Notes: generated by a model not told the origin, from the sequence alone. A DNA stretch of 64,000 nt from Patescibacteria group bacterium (GCA_041661505.1 JBAZUF010000002.1:12201-76200); one strand, 5' to 3'; shown: positions 37,607 through 47,217, numbered from the stretch's first letter. Made by a program: numbers and translations.

Positions 37607-37648
37607 GTATTACTATTTAATATTACTATTTAGTAATACACATGTCAA
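37607..37648 (-). promoter_or_regulatory. Toxin-antitoxin promoter with overlapping operator repeats
   Basis: The minus strand reads TTGACA (37648-37643), a 17-nt spacer, then TAATAT (37625-37620). A tandem 12-mer tattactattta occurs twice (37609-37632). An inverted repeat gtattacta/tagtaatac (37607-37615 and 37631-37639) covers the -10 and spacer. Confidence 0.7.
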
Positions 37649-37669
37649 GCCCACCCTTGCTTTCATCCC

Positions 37670-40300
37670 CTACCCCTCCAGCTTACCCATTTCCGCCATT
37701 AGATTTTTCAATTTTTCCTTTTCTTTCTCCACCACTTCTTTCGGCGCTTTGGCGACAAATTCTTCATTATTTAGCCGGCCTTCAATCCCGGAAATAATTT
37801 TTTGGAGACGCTCCACTTCTTTTTTAATCCTTTCCTTTTCTTTTTTCTCATCCACCGCGCCGATTAAGTAAACTTCGATATCGCCGACCGCCGCGTGGAT
37901 AGCCTTTTCTATCTCCGGGCCGCTTTTTAAAATCTCCAGTTCATTAATCCCGGTGCGAAGCCCTTTGATTAACACTTCCTGGGATTTTACGAGCTCCAGC
38001 TTGCTTCCGGCGTAAATCACGGCTTTAACTTTTTTTGACGGCTCAACCTTATTTTCCGATCGGGCGTTTCTAATAGCGGAAATTATATCTTTTACTAAAT
38101 CATATTGCTTTTCCGCCTTTTTATAATCCTTGGACGCGATATCATCGACATTCGGCCAATCCTGGACTATCAACAAATCCTCTTTTTTCTTCGTATCGAG
38201 ACCGCTAAAATAGCCTTCGTAAATTACTTCAGTAACGAACGGAATAAAAGGGTGCCAAAGCTTTAAAATCGTCCCAAAAACCAAATCAATCATTCCGGTC
38301 CTGTTCTTGGCTTTTACGACTTCAACGTACCAGTCGGCAAACTCAAACCAGGTGAACTCGCGCAGTTTTTCTCCGGCCTGGGCAAAGCGGTAATTTTCCA
38401 TATCCTCGGTTACTTCTTTTACCAGCTTCCTTAACTTCGTTAAAATAGCTTCATCCTCAAGGCTACCTTCTTCTAATTTTTCGCTATTTCCATCTTTCCG
38501 GCTCATTTCAATATAGCGGGAAATATTCCAAAGCTTGGTTATAAAATTCCGGGCGCCAATTATTTTTTCTTCATAATAACGCGAATCGCTTCCCGGCGAA
38601 ATTCCTAAAAGTAAGCTCAAGCGCAAAGCGTCGGTGCCGAATTCTTTTATGACATCCAAGGGATCAATATTGTTCCCGGCCGATTTGGAAAATTTCTTGC
38701 CTTTTTCGTCCCGGAGCATGCCATGAATGTACACATCTTTAAACGGAATTTCATCTAAAACATAGGTGGACATTAAAATCATCCGGGCCATCCAAAAAAA
38801 TAATATTTCATGCCCCATCTGCATCCAGTTTGATGGATGAAAAGTTTTCATGTCATCAGTTTTTTTAGGCCATCCTAATGTGGAAAATGTCCAAAGAGCC
38901 GAGGAAAACCAGGTATCTAAAGTATCTTCGTCTTGTTTCCACATTTCACCTTTCGGCGCTTCCAATCCGGCATAAACTTCACTTCCTTTATACCAAACCG
39001 GTATCCGGTGCCCCCACCAAATTTGCCGGGAAATGCACCAGTCGCGCAGATTATCAATCCAGTTTAAATATATTTTCTGAAACCGATCCGGCGTTATTCT
39101 TACCAGCTGATCTTTTTTTCCGTCTAAACCCGTAGTGGTTGCTTCGCGCATCAGCTCTTTCAAACTTTTTTTCTTTCCGGGTATTTTCTTATTAACATCA
39201 ACAAACCACTGCTCTTTTATTTGCGGTTCAACTAATCCATTACTGCGGTCGCCCTTGGCTACTCTATGAATGTAATCATCTTCCACCTTAACGAGCAACC
39301 CTTTGGCTTTAAGTTTTTCAACAATTTTCGGCCGGGCTATCAAAATTTCCATTCCCGCGAACTCTCCGGCCACTGGCAAAAGCTTTCCATTAAAATCAAT
39401 AATCTGTTCGCCGGGTAATTTATGCCTTTCGGCAATTTCAAAGTCGGTCATATCATGATAAGGAGTGATAGTCATCACGCCGGTGCCAAATTCCTTATCA
39501 ATTGCCTCATCTTTTATTACCGTAGCCGTCACCTTGCCGTTTATCCATTCGCATTCGAACTTTTCGCCATGCTTATATTTTTTGTAGCGCTTGTCGTCCG
39601 GATGCATGACTACGTATTTATCGCCGAACTTGGTTTCCGGCCGGGCAGTCGCGATAGTAAAGGGGCCGTATTGGAGATAATAAAAAGGCGCGCTTTCTTC
39701 ATGCCAGACAATTTCATCGTCAGAAATTGTTGTCTGTAATTTAGCGTCCCAGTTCACGATCCTTTTTCCCCGATAGATCAAACCATCGTTAAACATCTTG
39801 GTAAAAACTGTATTCACCGCCAGATTGCGCGCTTCATCAAATGTATAGGCCAATCGCGACCAGTCGCAGGAAGTGCCCATTTTTCTAATTTGGCTCAAGA
39901 TGGTGGCCTTTGATTCTTCGGCAAATTTTCTAATCTCGTCCACCAATTTTTCCCGCCCCAGCTCTTGCCTTGGATTCTTTATGCCTTTCTCCCATAATAA
40001 TTTTTCCACTTTGGCTTGGGTTGGCAGGGCCGCGTGATCTGTTCCGGGAAGCAGTAAAACCTTTTTGCCGCGCATTCTTTGATAGCGCGCTTCAACGTCC
40101 ATTAACGAATTTTCCAAAGCGTGCCCTAAATGCAAAACGCCGGTAACGTTTGGCGGCGGCATCATGATCGAATAGGGCTCGCCTTCCAGGTTGTCCGGAT
40201 TAAAAAATCCCGACTTTTCCCATTTGTCATAAATCTTATCCTCATATTCAGCCGGGTTATAATTTTTTGGCAGTTCTTTTTTCATATTCGCGCTTATCAT
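37670..40300 (-). CDS. valS: Valyl-tRNA synthetase
   Basis: 876 aa with PPPNVTGVLHLGHAL, the KMSKS variant KFSKSAGN and a C-terminal coiled coil. Confidence 0.95.
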   Translation of the reverse strand: MISANMKKELPKNYNPAEYEDKIYDKWEKSGFFNPDNLEGEPYSIMMPPPNVTGVLHLGHALENSLMDVEARYQRMRGKKVLLLPGTDHAALPTQAKVEKLLWEKGIKNPRQELGREKLVDEIRKFAEESKATILSQIRKMGTSCDWSRLAYTFDEARNLAVNTVFTKMFNDGLIYRGKRIVNWDAKLQTTISDDEIVWHEESAPFYYLQYGPFTIATARPETKFGDKYVVMHPDDKRYKKYKHGEKFECEWINGKVTATVIKDEAIDKEFGTGVMTITPYHDMTDFEIAERHKLPGEQIIDFNGKLLPVAGEFAGMEILIARPKIVEKLKAKGLLVKVEDDYIHRVAKGDRSNGLVEPQIKEQWFVDVNKKIPGKKKSLKELMREATTTGLDGKKDQLVRITPDRFQKIYLNWIDNLRDWCISRQIWWGHRIPVWYKGSEVYAGLEAPKGEMWKQDEDTLDTWFSSALWTFSTLGWPKKTDDMKTFHPSNWMQMGHEILFFWMARMILMSTYVLDEIPFKDVYIHGMLRDEKGKKFSKSAGNNIDPLDVIKEFGTDALRLSLLLGISPGSDSRYYEEKIIGARNFITKLWNISRYIEMSRKDGNSEKLEEGSLEDEAILTKLRKLVKEVTEDMENYRFAQAGEKLREFTWFEFADWYVEVVKAKNRTGMIDLVFGTILKLWHPFIPFVTEVIYEGYFSGLDTKKKEDLLIVQDWPNVDDIASKDYKKAEKQYDLVKDIISAIRNARSENKVEPSKKVKAVIYAGSKLELVKSQEVLIKGLRTGINELEILKSGPEIEKAIHAAVGDIEVYLIGAVDEKKEKERIKKEVERLQKIISGIEGRLNNEEFVAKAPKEVVEKEKEKLKNLMAEMGKLEG

Positions 40301-40424
40301 TAATAATATTTATGCTTACATTTGCATAACCCGATAATTTGCTTATATAATATAGTTAAGCATACTCATTAAACTTATTCTATTTAATTTTAGCCAAAGA
40401 GTCAATTAGAAATAAATAAAACCT

Positions 40425-40775
40425 ATGAACGTAAAAAGATTCCACAACATTTTCGACATGGAAAATTGCAATGAAAAAATCGGCGACCGTAAAATCTTGC
40501 GCGACTTTGTTGAAAAAATCGCGGAGGTGGCGGACATGAGCATCTTAGAAGGACCGATTATCGCTGACGGCGCCGAGCATAATCCGGGACTTTCTGCTTT
40601 GGCCATCATTGATTTTTCCCATATCTCCATCCACACCTTTACCCAGCATAACGAAGCATTAATCGACGTCTTTTCCTGCAAGCCCTATGACAAAGAAAAG
40701 ATCCAGGCGGTTTGCCAGGAGTATTTCGGCACCCGAAAAACGAAATTCCGCGCCAAAGAGGTTTGGTGGGGTTAA
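40425..40775 (+). CDS. S-adenosylmethionine decarboxylase-like pyruvoyl-dependent decarboxylase proenzyme (SpeD/SpeH class 1b-like)
   Basis: 116 aa. GLSALAIIDFSHISIHTFTQHNEALIDVFSCKP aligns with the AdoMetDC self-cleavage region (..ISESHLTIHTWPE...IDLFTCG), but has Phe-Ser in place of Glu-Ser. Confidence 0.7.
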   Translation: MNVKRFHNIFDMENCNEKIGDRKILRDFVEKIAEVADMSILEGPIIADGAEHNPGLSALAIIDFSHISIHTFTQHNEALIDVFSCKPYDKEKIQAVCQEYFGTRKTKFRAKEVWWG

Positions 40776-40809
40776 TACATATTTGATAAAACTTTTTTAA
40801 TGAAGGAAT

Positions 40810-40971
40810 ATGAAAGCAAAATACAGCCTCTTAATACTCCATTGCCTGCCCGCCCATCCCGGCCGGGAAATTGCCAAAGATATCATGCGCTCGGAACAAT
40901 CCATTATTTTTGACGAAGCCGAATTTCGGGTATATTCTGCCATGGCACTGCTTTCATATTTAAAAAAATAA
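40810..40971 (+). CDS. Possible small ORF (53 aa), unknown function
   Basis: An ATG-to-TAA ORF below the track cutoff (MKAKYSLLILHCLPAHPGREIAKDIMRSEQSIIFDEAEFRVYSAMALLSYLKK) fills the gap between the speD-like gene and argG. It has a faint winged-helix-like pattern only. Confidence 0.25.
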   Translation: MKAKYSLLILHCLPAHPGREIAKDIMRSEQSIIFDEAEFRVYSAMALLSYLKK

Positions 40972-40993
40972 AATTAATTGCCTATTTAACACT

Positions 40994-42259
40994 ATGCAAA
41001 AAGAAACTTCTTACGTAAAAGTGGCTTCGCATGAAGCGAAAAAAGGGGAATTTAAAAAATGCCTTTTACTATATTCCGGCGGATTGGATACTTCGGTAAT
41101 GTTAAAATGGATTCAGGAAGAATATGAGTGCGAAATTGTCACTTTGACGATTGATTTAGGTCAGACCGCTGATAATTTGGATGAAATCAAACAAAAAGCC
41201 ATAAATCTAGGCGCCAAAGAAGCGATTATTTACGACGCTAAGGATGAATTTGCCGACACATTATTAACGCACGCGATCAAAGCCAACGCCGATTATCAGG
41301 GCGGCTACGCCCTATCGACGCCTTTGGGGCGGGTAATTATTTCCAAAGCGGCGGTAAGATTCGCTAAAGAATATAATTGCGATGTCATTGCCCACGGCTC
41401 AACCGGAAAAGGCAATGACCAGGTGCGCTTCGAAAGCTACATCACTACCCTTAACCCGGCCTTAAAAATTATCGCACCAGTCCGGGAATGGGGCATGGGC
41501 CGCCAGGAAGAAATCGAGTACGCGGAAAAGCATAACATTCCGGTAAAACAAAAAACTGACAGGCCATATTCTTACGACGAAAACATGTGGGGCAATACCG
41601 GCGAAGGCGGCGAAATTGAAAATCCGGAACTAATTCCCCCGCTAAAAAATATCCTGCAGTGGTGCAAATTGCCGGAAGACGCGCCGGACGCCGAAGAAAT
41701 AATTGAAGTGGAATACGAAAAAGGCATACCGGTTAAATTGAACGGCGAAGCTATGAAGTTAAGCCAGCTGGTTATGAAATGCAACGCGGCCGGCGCCAAG
41801 CATGGCGTTGGAATTTTTCCTTTAATTGAAGACCGCCTCGTGGGGCTGAAAGTCAGAGGGGTTTATGAAAATCCGGGCGCGGCCATTTTGATTGAAGGCC
41901 ATAGAAGACTGGAAAAATTGGTTTCCAACCGGGAAGAAAACGAGTTAAAAGCGTCAATGGATATTAAGTGGGGCTATCTCGCATACGCCGCCAAGTGGTT
42001 TGATCCGGTTATGTACCATATCCGCGCCTTCATTGATTCACAAAACCGGAAAGTGACGGGCAAAGTAAAAATCCGTCTATTTAAAGGAAATATAACGGTC
42101 GTTGCGTTATCATCTCCCTATTCTTTATTCGATCATAATTTAGCCACCTTTGACCGGAACGCCGCCTTTAACCAAAACGCCTCGGCCGGATTTATTGAAA
42201 TTTACAACCTGGCGCAAAAAACCTCTTTTAATGTTTTTAACTACGATGATAAAGAGTAA
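40994..42259 (+). CDS. argG: Argininosuccinate synthase
   Basis: 421 aa with the PP-loop YSGGLDTSV, followed by GSTGKGNDQVRFE and YSYDENMWG. Confidence 0.95.
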   Translation: MQKETSYVKVASHEAKKGEFKKCLLLYSGGLDTSVMLKWIQEEYECEIVTLTIDLGQTADNLDEIKQKAINLGAKEAIIYDAKDEFADTLLTHAIKANADYQGGYALSTPLGRVIISKAAVRFAKEYNCDVIAHGSTGKGNDQVRFESYITTLNPALKIIAPVREWGMGRQEEIEYAEKHNIPVKQKTDRPYSYDENMWGNTGEGGEIENPELIPPLKNILQWCKLPEDAPDAEEIIEVEYEKGIPVKLNGEAMKLSQLVMKCNAAGAKHGVGIFPLIEDRLVGLKVRGVYENPGAAILIEGHRRLEKLVSNREENELKASMDIKWGYLAYAAKWFDPVMYHIRAFIDSQNRKVTGKVKIRLFKGNITVVALSSPYSLFDHNLATFDRNAAFNQNASAGFIEIYNLAQKTSFNVFNYDDKE

Positions 42260-42274
42260 TTATTATCCAACAAT

Positions 42275-43501
42275 ATGGCGAGAAAAACAATTGCCGCAAA
42301 AAGCAAAAAGATTTGGCAAACTACGGGAGATGAGCTGGATTCAATGGTTGAAGCCTATACGGTCGGCGATGATTATTTAATGGACCAGCTTTTATTGCCC
42401 TACGATATCGAAGCCAGCCTGGCTCACGCGGAAATGCTAAAAACTATTGGCATATTGTCCGGCCCGGAATTAAAAAAGGCCAGGCTGGGGCTTTATAAAA
42501 TTCTAACCGAATATAAGAAAGGCAATTTTATTATCCGGCAAGGCCAGGAAGACGGCCATATGGCCATTGAAGAATATCTGACCGCCCATTACGGCGATAT
42601 CGGAAAAAAAATCCATACCGGCCGGAGCCGGAACGATCAGGCCCTGGTTATGGTTCGTTTATTCATGAAAGACAGCTTAACCGAAATAGCTAAATTAACC
42701 GAAAGATTGGCCATAAGCTTTCAGGCTAAAATTAAAGAGGCGAAAAATATTCCTATGCCCGGCTATACCCACATGCAAAAAGCTATGCCGACAACCGTTG
42801 GCGTCTGGCTTGATTCTTACCTCGCGGCCATCAAAGATTTTATCCCCATGCTCAAGGCGGCAAGAAACTTAATCGACCAAAATCCCTTAGGCTCGGCGTC
42901 CGGCTACGGCATCGATAATTTATTTTTAAACCGGGAACTTACGACGAAAAAACTCAAATTTGCCAAAACCCAAAAAAACCCCATGTATTGCGGATTTTCC
43001 CGCGGATATTTCGAAAACATAGTCCTGCAGGCTTTATCCCAAATTATGATTATCGCGGGCAGATTCGCTTCTGACATGGTAATCTTTACCACCCAGGAAT
43101 TTGGCTTCTTTTCCCTGCCTGATAGCTTTACTACCGGATCATCAATCATGCCCCAAAAAAGGAACTATGACATTTTTGAAATTATGCGGGGCAATGCCAA
43201 AGTTTTCCATTCCTACCAGGCGCGAATCCAGGAAATAATTTCCTCGCTTGGTTCGGGTTATCACCGGGATCTGACCTTAACAAAAAAACCTCTGGTCCTC
43301 GGGATTAATCTTTGCATAGATACGATAGAAATACTGGCCAAGGCAATGCCGAATATAAGATTAAACGAGAACCGGCTGAAAAAAGCCATGACCGCCGACC
43401 TTTACGCCACCAACGAGGTGTATGAGCTGGTAAAAAAGGGCCGGCCGTTTAGGGACGCGTATCTTGAAATTAAAAATAAATTCAAAGAAAAAAACAGCTA
43501 G
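42275..43501 (+). CDS. argH: Argininosuccinate lyase
   Basis: 408 aa with the fumarate-lyase signature GSSIMPQKRNYD, plus TGRSRNDQ and PGYTHMQKAMP. The C-terminus is somewhat short. Confidence 0.9.
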   Translation: MARKTIAAKSKKIWQTTGDELDSMVEAYTVGDDYLMDQLLLPYDIEASLAHAEMLKTIGILSGPELKKARLGLYKILTEYKKGNFIIRQGQEDGHMAIEEYLTAHYGDIGKKIHTGRSRNDQALVMVRLFMKDSLTEIAKLTERLAISFQAKIKEAKNIPMPGYTHMQKAMPTTVGVWLDSYLAAIKDFIPMLKAARNLIDQNPLGSASGYGIDNLFLNRELTTKKLKFAKTQKNPMYCGFSRGYFENIVLQALSQIMIIAGRFASDMVIFTTQEFGFFSLPDSFTTGSSIMPQKRNYDIFEIMRGNAKVFHSYQARIQEIISSLGSGYHRDLTLTKKPLVLGINLCIDTIEILAKAMPNIRLNENRLKKAMTADLYATNEVYELVKKGRPFRDAYLEIKNKFKEKNS

Positions 43502-43528
43502 TTTTCTCAAGTAATATTATAGCAGACA

Positions 43529-43555
43529 AAATACAGCCCGCGCGGGCTGTATTTT
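43529..43555. terminator. Bidirectional rho-independent terminator (argH / pyrH-like convergent pair)
   Basis: Stem aaatacagccc / gggctgtattt with loop gcgc, followed by a T run. Confidence 0.8.
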
Positions 43556-43567
43556 TATTAACCTGAT

Positions 43568-44275
43568 TTATTTTATTATCGTTCCCTTGCACCTCTTTCC
43601 TTCCAGACAATCTTTTAAGTTAGCCAAATTTCTTCCGTTCATGATTACAACTTGCATGCCGATATCATGGGCTTTTTTGGAAGCCACCGGATCAAAGGGG
43701 GCGTTTAAGCCCGGATCCCACTTAGTCCCGACTATTTTTCTAAATTCCGGCCAGGATATCTCTTCAATTTTTTTCGCGCCCTTATGCTTATTGGGATCCC
43801 TGTCGTAAACGTAAGAAATGTTCGATAGGTTTATTAAAGTTTTGGCTCCCAGCCGTTCGGCCAAAATTGTCGCGTCCAAATCGGTTGACCAGCCCGGCCG
43901 CCAGCCGGCCGCCACCATAATCCCCTCGCCCTTGGAAAAATGCCTCTTTAAATCTTCCTTGGTCTTCGGATTTTTATTAATCCGCGGATGGGCGTAATTG
44001 CGAAAGATTGTTTTTATAAGATGGGCGTTTAAGCGGGTAGTGTGGATTCCGAGCCAATCGCGGTCGTCGTCGGTTAATTTGGTTACCTTTGAAGCCGCTT
44101 TCTGGTATTCGCGGCAGGTATTGCCGCCGCCGGTTACTATTACGAAGCGTTCGCCTTCTTTTATCCTTTCAATGATTAACTTCCTGAATTTTTTTAGGAA
44201 TTTCCAGTCAATTCCTTCCTTGGGCGCGATTAAAGATCCGCCTAAGGAAATTACGATAGTTTTTTTTTCATCCAT
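43568..44275 (-). CDS. pyrH: Amino-acid-kinase-fold UMP kinase (archaeal-type PyrH-like)
   Basis: 235 aa with the blocks ISLGGSLI, VTGGGNTCREY, AAGWRPGWSTDLDATILAERLGA and VYDRDP. Confidence 0.65.
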   Translation of the reverse strand: MDEKKTIVISLGGSLIAPKEGIDWKFLKKFRKLIIERIKEGERFVIVTGGGNTCREYQKAASKVTKLTDDDRDWLGIHTTRLNAHLIKTIFRNYAHPRINKNPKTKEDLKRHFSKGEGIMVAAGWRPGWSTDLDATILAERLGAKTLINLSNISYVYDRDPNKHKGAKKIEEISWPEFRKIVGTKWDPGLNAPFDPVASKKAHDIGMQVVIMNGRNLANLKDCLEGKRCKGTIIK

Positions 44276-44332
44276 AAGCCAAGTCTAATTATTATTTTTT
44301 TCAGTATATCAAATTTAGATTTTTACGTAAAG

Positions 44333-45085
44333 TTAGGGTTTTTTGCTTATAACCAGATAATAATTAAATTTGTCCTTAAAAATCCTTTCCGCCGCGCATC
44401 CGGATTTTTCCGCTAATCTTTTCAGCTCTCCCTTGGTAAAAGCGTGGTAATAGCGCAAGCTGTTTAAATTTTTCCCTTTCCAGGGAAAAAGAATGTCGCC
44501 AAAGTCGTACTCATAGCGCCCGGCCAGCTTTAAAAGAATGCTTTTTGCCAGTACAAGGTAAAATCTTTTTTGTTCCCAGATATTCCAGCTGGTTAAGAGC
44601 ATCTTGCCGCCCGGTTTGAGGTATTTTTCGGCTTGGCGCAAAAATCCAATCCGCAGCTCTTGGCCCGGGATATGGTGCAATACCGCCACGCAAAAAATAT
44701 AGTCAAACTTCCTGTCCGCGACCTCTTTTATTTTATCCAGCCCAAGAATATCGCCGACAATAAATTGATAATTGATAATTGATAATTGATAATTGGATCT
44801 GGCGTGTTCGATAATTTTTGACGAATTATCAATGCCGATATAACTGATTTTTTTTCCGGCCAAAGCGTTTAAAACCCGCCCGTTGCCGCAGCCAAGATCT
44901 AAAATACTCTCGCCATCTTTAACGCGGCTGGCGAATTTAACCACTTCGCCCCAAAGCGGCTGCCAATTTTTCATCCGGGTCTGGTGGAACTCATCAGCGA
45001 TCTCTTCGTAGTTGTTTTTCACGATTTTCAGTAATTTTTTTTGCGCGTCTTCATTCATGGTCTTTTTTGTATTTGGATAAAACAA
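44333..45085 (-). CDS. Class I SAM-dependent methyltransferase
   Basis: 250 aa with motif I (ILDLGCGNGR), followed by FCVAVLHHI and GGKMLLTSW. It contains a heptanucleotide tandem repeat (listed as a separate feature). Confidence 0.8.
   Translation of the reverse strand: MFYPNTKKTMNEDAQKKLLKIVKNNYEEIADEFHQTRMKNWQPLWGEVVKFASRVKDGESILDLGCGNGRVLNALAGKKISYIGIDNSSKIIEHARSNYQLSIINYQFIVGDILGLDKIKEVADRKFDYIFCVAVLHHIPGQELRIGFLRQAEKYLKPGGKMLLTSWNIWEQKRFYLVLAKSILLKLAGRYEYDFGDILFPWKGKNLNSLRYYHAFTKGELKRLAEKSGCAAERIFKDKFNYYLVISKKP
44764..44796. repeat. Heptanucleotide tandem repeat (attgata) x about 4.7 inside the methyltransferase CDS
   Basis: attgata attgata attgata attgata attgg is read directly. On the coding strand it encodes NYQLSIINYQF between methyltransferase motif I and the post-I region. 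Confidence 0.9.
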
Positions 45086-47186
45086 ATTTTATTTCCCGGT
45101 AGCTCGCCTCTTCCCCCAAAAGCTCTTTTATCGGCTTCATCTTTTCCGGTCCGGCTGTTTTTATAGCCGCTAAAATTTTCTTTTGCGCCCGGTCTCCCAC
45201 CCATTCTTTTATTTCCTTAATCATTCCCCGGTCGATTAAAAAACAAACGTGGTTTTCGATAGTTTCTTCGGCGAGCTCCCTCTCTTTAGCGATCTCCTCT
45301 ATCGTTTTCCCTTCTTTATATAAATCATAAGTCGTTAGCTGGGTCAATTTAGTTTCCAATTTCACCGCTGGCTCGCGGCCGGACGATTTCGAACCATCAC
45401 TTTCCCGGAAGTCGCGCCTGTCCCCGCGGCTTTTGCCGCTTTTTAGCTCTCTTTTGGGCGCTGAATTTTTTCTCGCGTAACCGCCGCCTACCAGGCAATT
45501 ATCGCATTTTTTGCAATCGCCGGGATTTTCTTCTCCAAAATAATCCAGAATGTATTTTTGCCGGCAGCCAAAATGATAGATGTAATTTTCCATGGCTTCC
45601 AGTTTTTCATAGGCCCGCTCCAGTTTTTCACGCATGGCGGAGAAATCTATTTTTACCTCGTCCCTGGATACGTTTTTCAATAAAGAAATTTCGGTTCCTT
45701 TAAAGGGCGGCTCATATTCCAGTAATCCCTCATCGGCTGATTTGCGCAGAGCCCGGGTTAAAACGTCCTTTTTTACTTCAATAATCGAGGCCGCCTCATC
45801 GATATTCAAATCCAGCCGCTCGTTTAGCCGCCCGTCAAAATAGTTAAAAAGCTTTTCCAAAATCTCAATCCGGCGTTTAGCGCGGCTATTGACCAGGCCG
45901 CGGAAACGCCGGGAGTCTTCTAAAAATTTCAAATAGGCGTTTCCGTTTTTTTCCCTGGCGCGGGAGATATAGCCTTCGCGCTCCAATATTTTTAGGGCGG
46001 TGCCGACCGCCATTTCCGGAACATCATGGCTTAGCATCTCCCGCAGGGTCGCGTAAGTAACCAAAATAGGATTGGCGTCAATCGATTTTAAGGCTTCATA
46101 CAGATCCAAAACCATGGCCGGCGGCGGGTTGTCGCCTTTGATAAAAAATTCCCGCAAATACCGGTCGCGGGGCGCGTAAAGTAAAAGGCATAAAGCTGGC
46201 TTGCCGTCCCGGCCGGCTCGGCCGGCTTCCTGGTAGTAAGCTTCAATCGTTCCAGGCATGTCATGGTGGATGACAAAGCGGATGTCTTTTTTGTCGATCC
46301 CCAGGCCAAAAGCGTTGGTAGCGACAATAACCCGGGCTCGGCCATTCATAAAATCCTCTTGCACCCATTTTCTTTCTTCCGAGTCCATTCCGGCGTGATA
46401 GCCGACCGCCTCCACTCCCTGGTTTAATAATTCGGCTAAAATTCCGTCGGCCTTGGCGCGCGTACCGGCATAAACTATGCCCCCGCCTTCTTCCATAGAA
46501 CCGACAGTATTGGAGATAATGTTTATTTTCATGGCATCATTAGCCTGAATAGCGCCGAACTGCAGGCCCGGACGGCTAAAACCGGTAATAATTGACGCCG
46601 GGTTATCCATTTTTAACTGCCGGGCGATGTCATCGCGCACTTCAGGGGTGGCGGTCGCGGTAAGAGCCATAACCGGCGGGCGGCCGACGGCGGAAATAGC
46701 CGACCAAAGCCTCATGTAGCTTGGCCGAAAGTCATGCCCCCATTCGGAAATGCAATGGGCTTCGTCGATGGCAAAAAGGCTTACCTTCAAATCTTTCAAA
46801 GCCCTTAAGAAATCCGCGTTATAAAATCGCTCCGGCGCGATATAAAGTAGCTTTACTGTCCCGGCCAAAGCACCGGAGATGCGACTGGCGCTCTCTTCCG
46901 GGGTTATGGAGCTATTTATGAAAGTGGCGGGAATATTTCTTTTTTCGAGGCCGTCCACCTGATCTTTCATTAAAGCGATTAAGGGCGAAATGACGATTGT
47001 TATGCCTGGGAGCATTAAAGCCGGCAACTGGTAGCATAAAGATTTTCCGCCGCCGGTAGGCATAATTATCAGAGCGTCTTTTCCTTCCAAAGCCGACTCT
47101 ATCGCCCGCTCCTGCCCGGGACGGAAGTGATTGTAATTGAAGTGTTCTTTCAGCGCTTGGCTTATTTTTTTCTTGTTATCCGGCAT
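45051..47186 (-). CDS. recQ: ATP-dependent DNA helicase RecQ
   Basis: 711 aa with PTGGGKSLCYQ, DEAHCISEWGHDFRPSY and a zinc-binding Cys cluster (CRQKYILDYFGE...CKKCDNC), plus a C-terminal HTH-like domain. It overlaps the downstream methyltransferase gene by 35 nt. Confidence 0.92.
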   Translation of the reverse strand: MPDNKKKISQALKEHFNYNHFRPGQERAIESALEGKDALIIMPTGGGKSLCYQLPALMLPGITIVISPLIALMKDQVDGLEKRNIPATFINSSITPEESASRISGALAGTVKLLYIAPERFYNADFLRALKDLKVSLFAIDEAHCISEWGHDFRPSYMRLWSAISAVGRPPVMALTATATPEVRDDIARQLKMDNPASIITGFSRPGLQFGAIQANDAMKINIISNTVGSMEEGGGIVYAGTRAKADGILAELLNQGVEAVGYHAGMDSEERKWVQEDFMNGRARVIVATNAFGLGIDKKDIRFVIHHDMPGTIEAYYQEAGRAGRDGKPALCLLLYAPRDRYLREFFIKGDNPPPAMVLDLYEALKSIDANPILVTYATLREMLSHDVPEMAVGTALKILEREGYISRAREKNGNAYLKFLEDSRRFRGLVNSRAKRRIEILEKLFNYFDGRLNERLDLNIDEAASIIEVKKDVLTRALRKSADEGLLEYEPPFKGTEISLLKNVSRDEVKIDFSAMREKLERAYEKLEAMENYIYHFGCRQKYILDYFGEENPGDCKKCDNCLVGGGYARKNSAPKRELKSGKSRGDRRDFRESDGSKSSGREPAVKLETKLTQLTTYDLYKEGKTIEEIAKERELAEETIENHVCFLIDRGMIKEIKEWVGDRAQKKILAAIKTAGPEKMKPIKELLGEEASYREIKFVLSKYKKDHE

Positions 47187-47217
47187 GGAGATAAATATTG
47201 GTTTAAACTGTTTTTAG

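Noticed and set aside
44764-44796. The tandem repeat as a CRISPR or minisatellite array
   Set aside because: The units are 7 nt and contiguous, with no spacers, and lie inside a CDS. No cas genes or repeat-spacer structure exist anywhere in the window.
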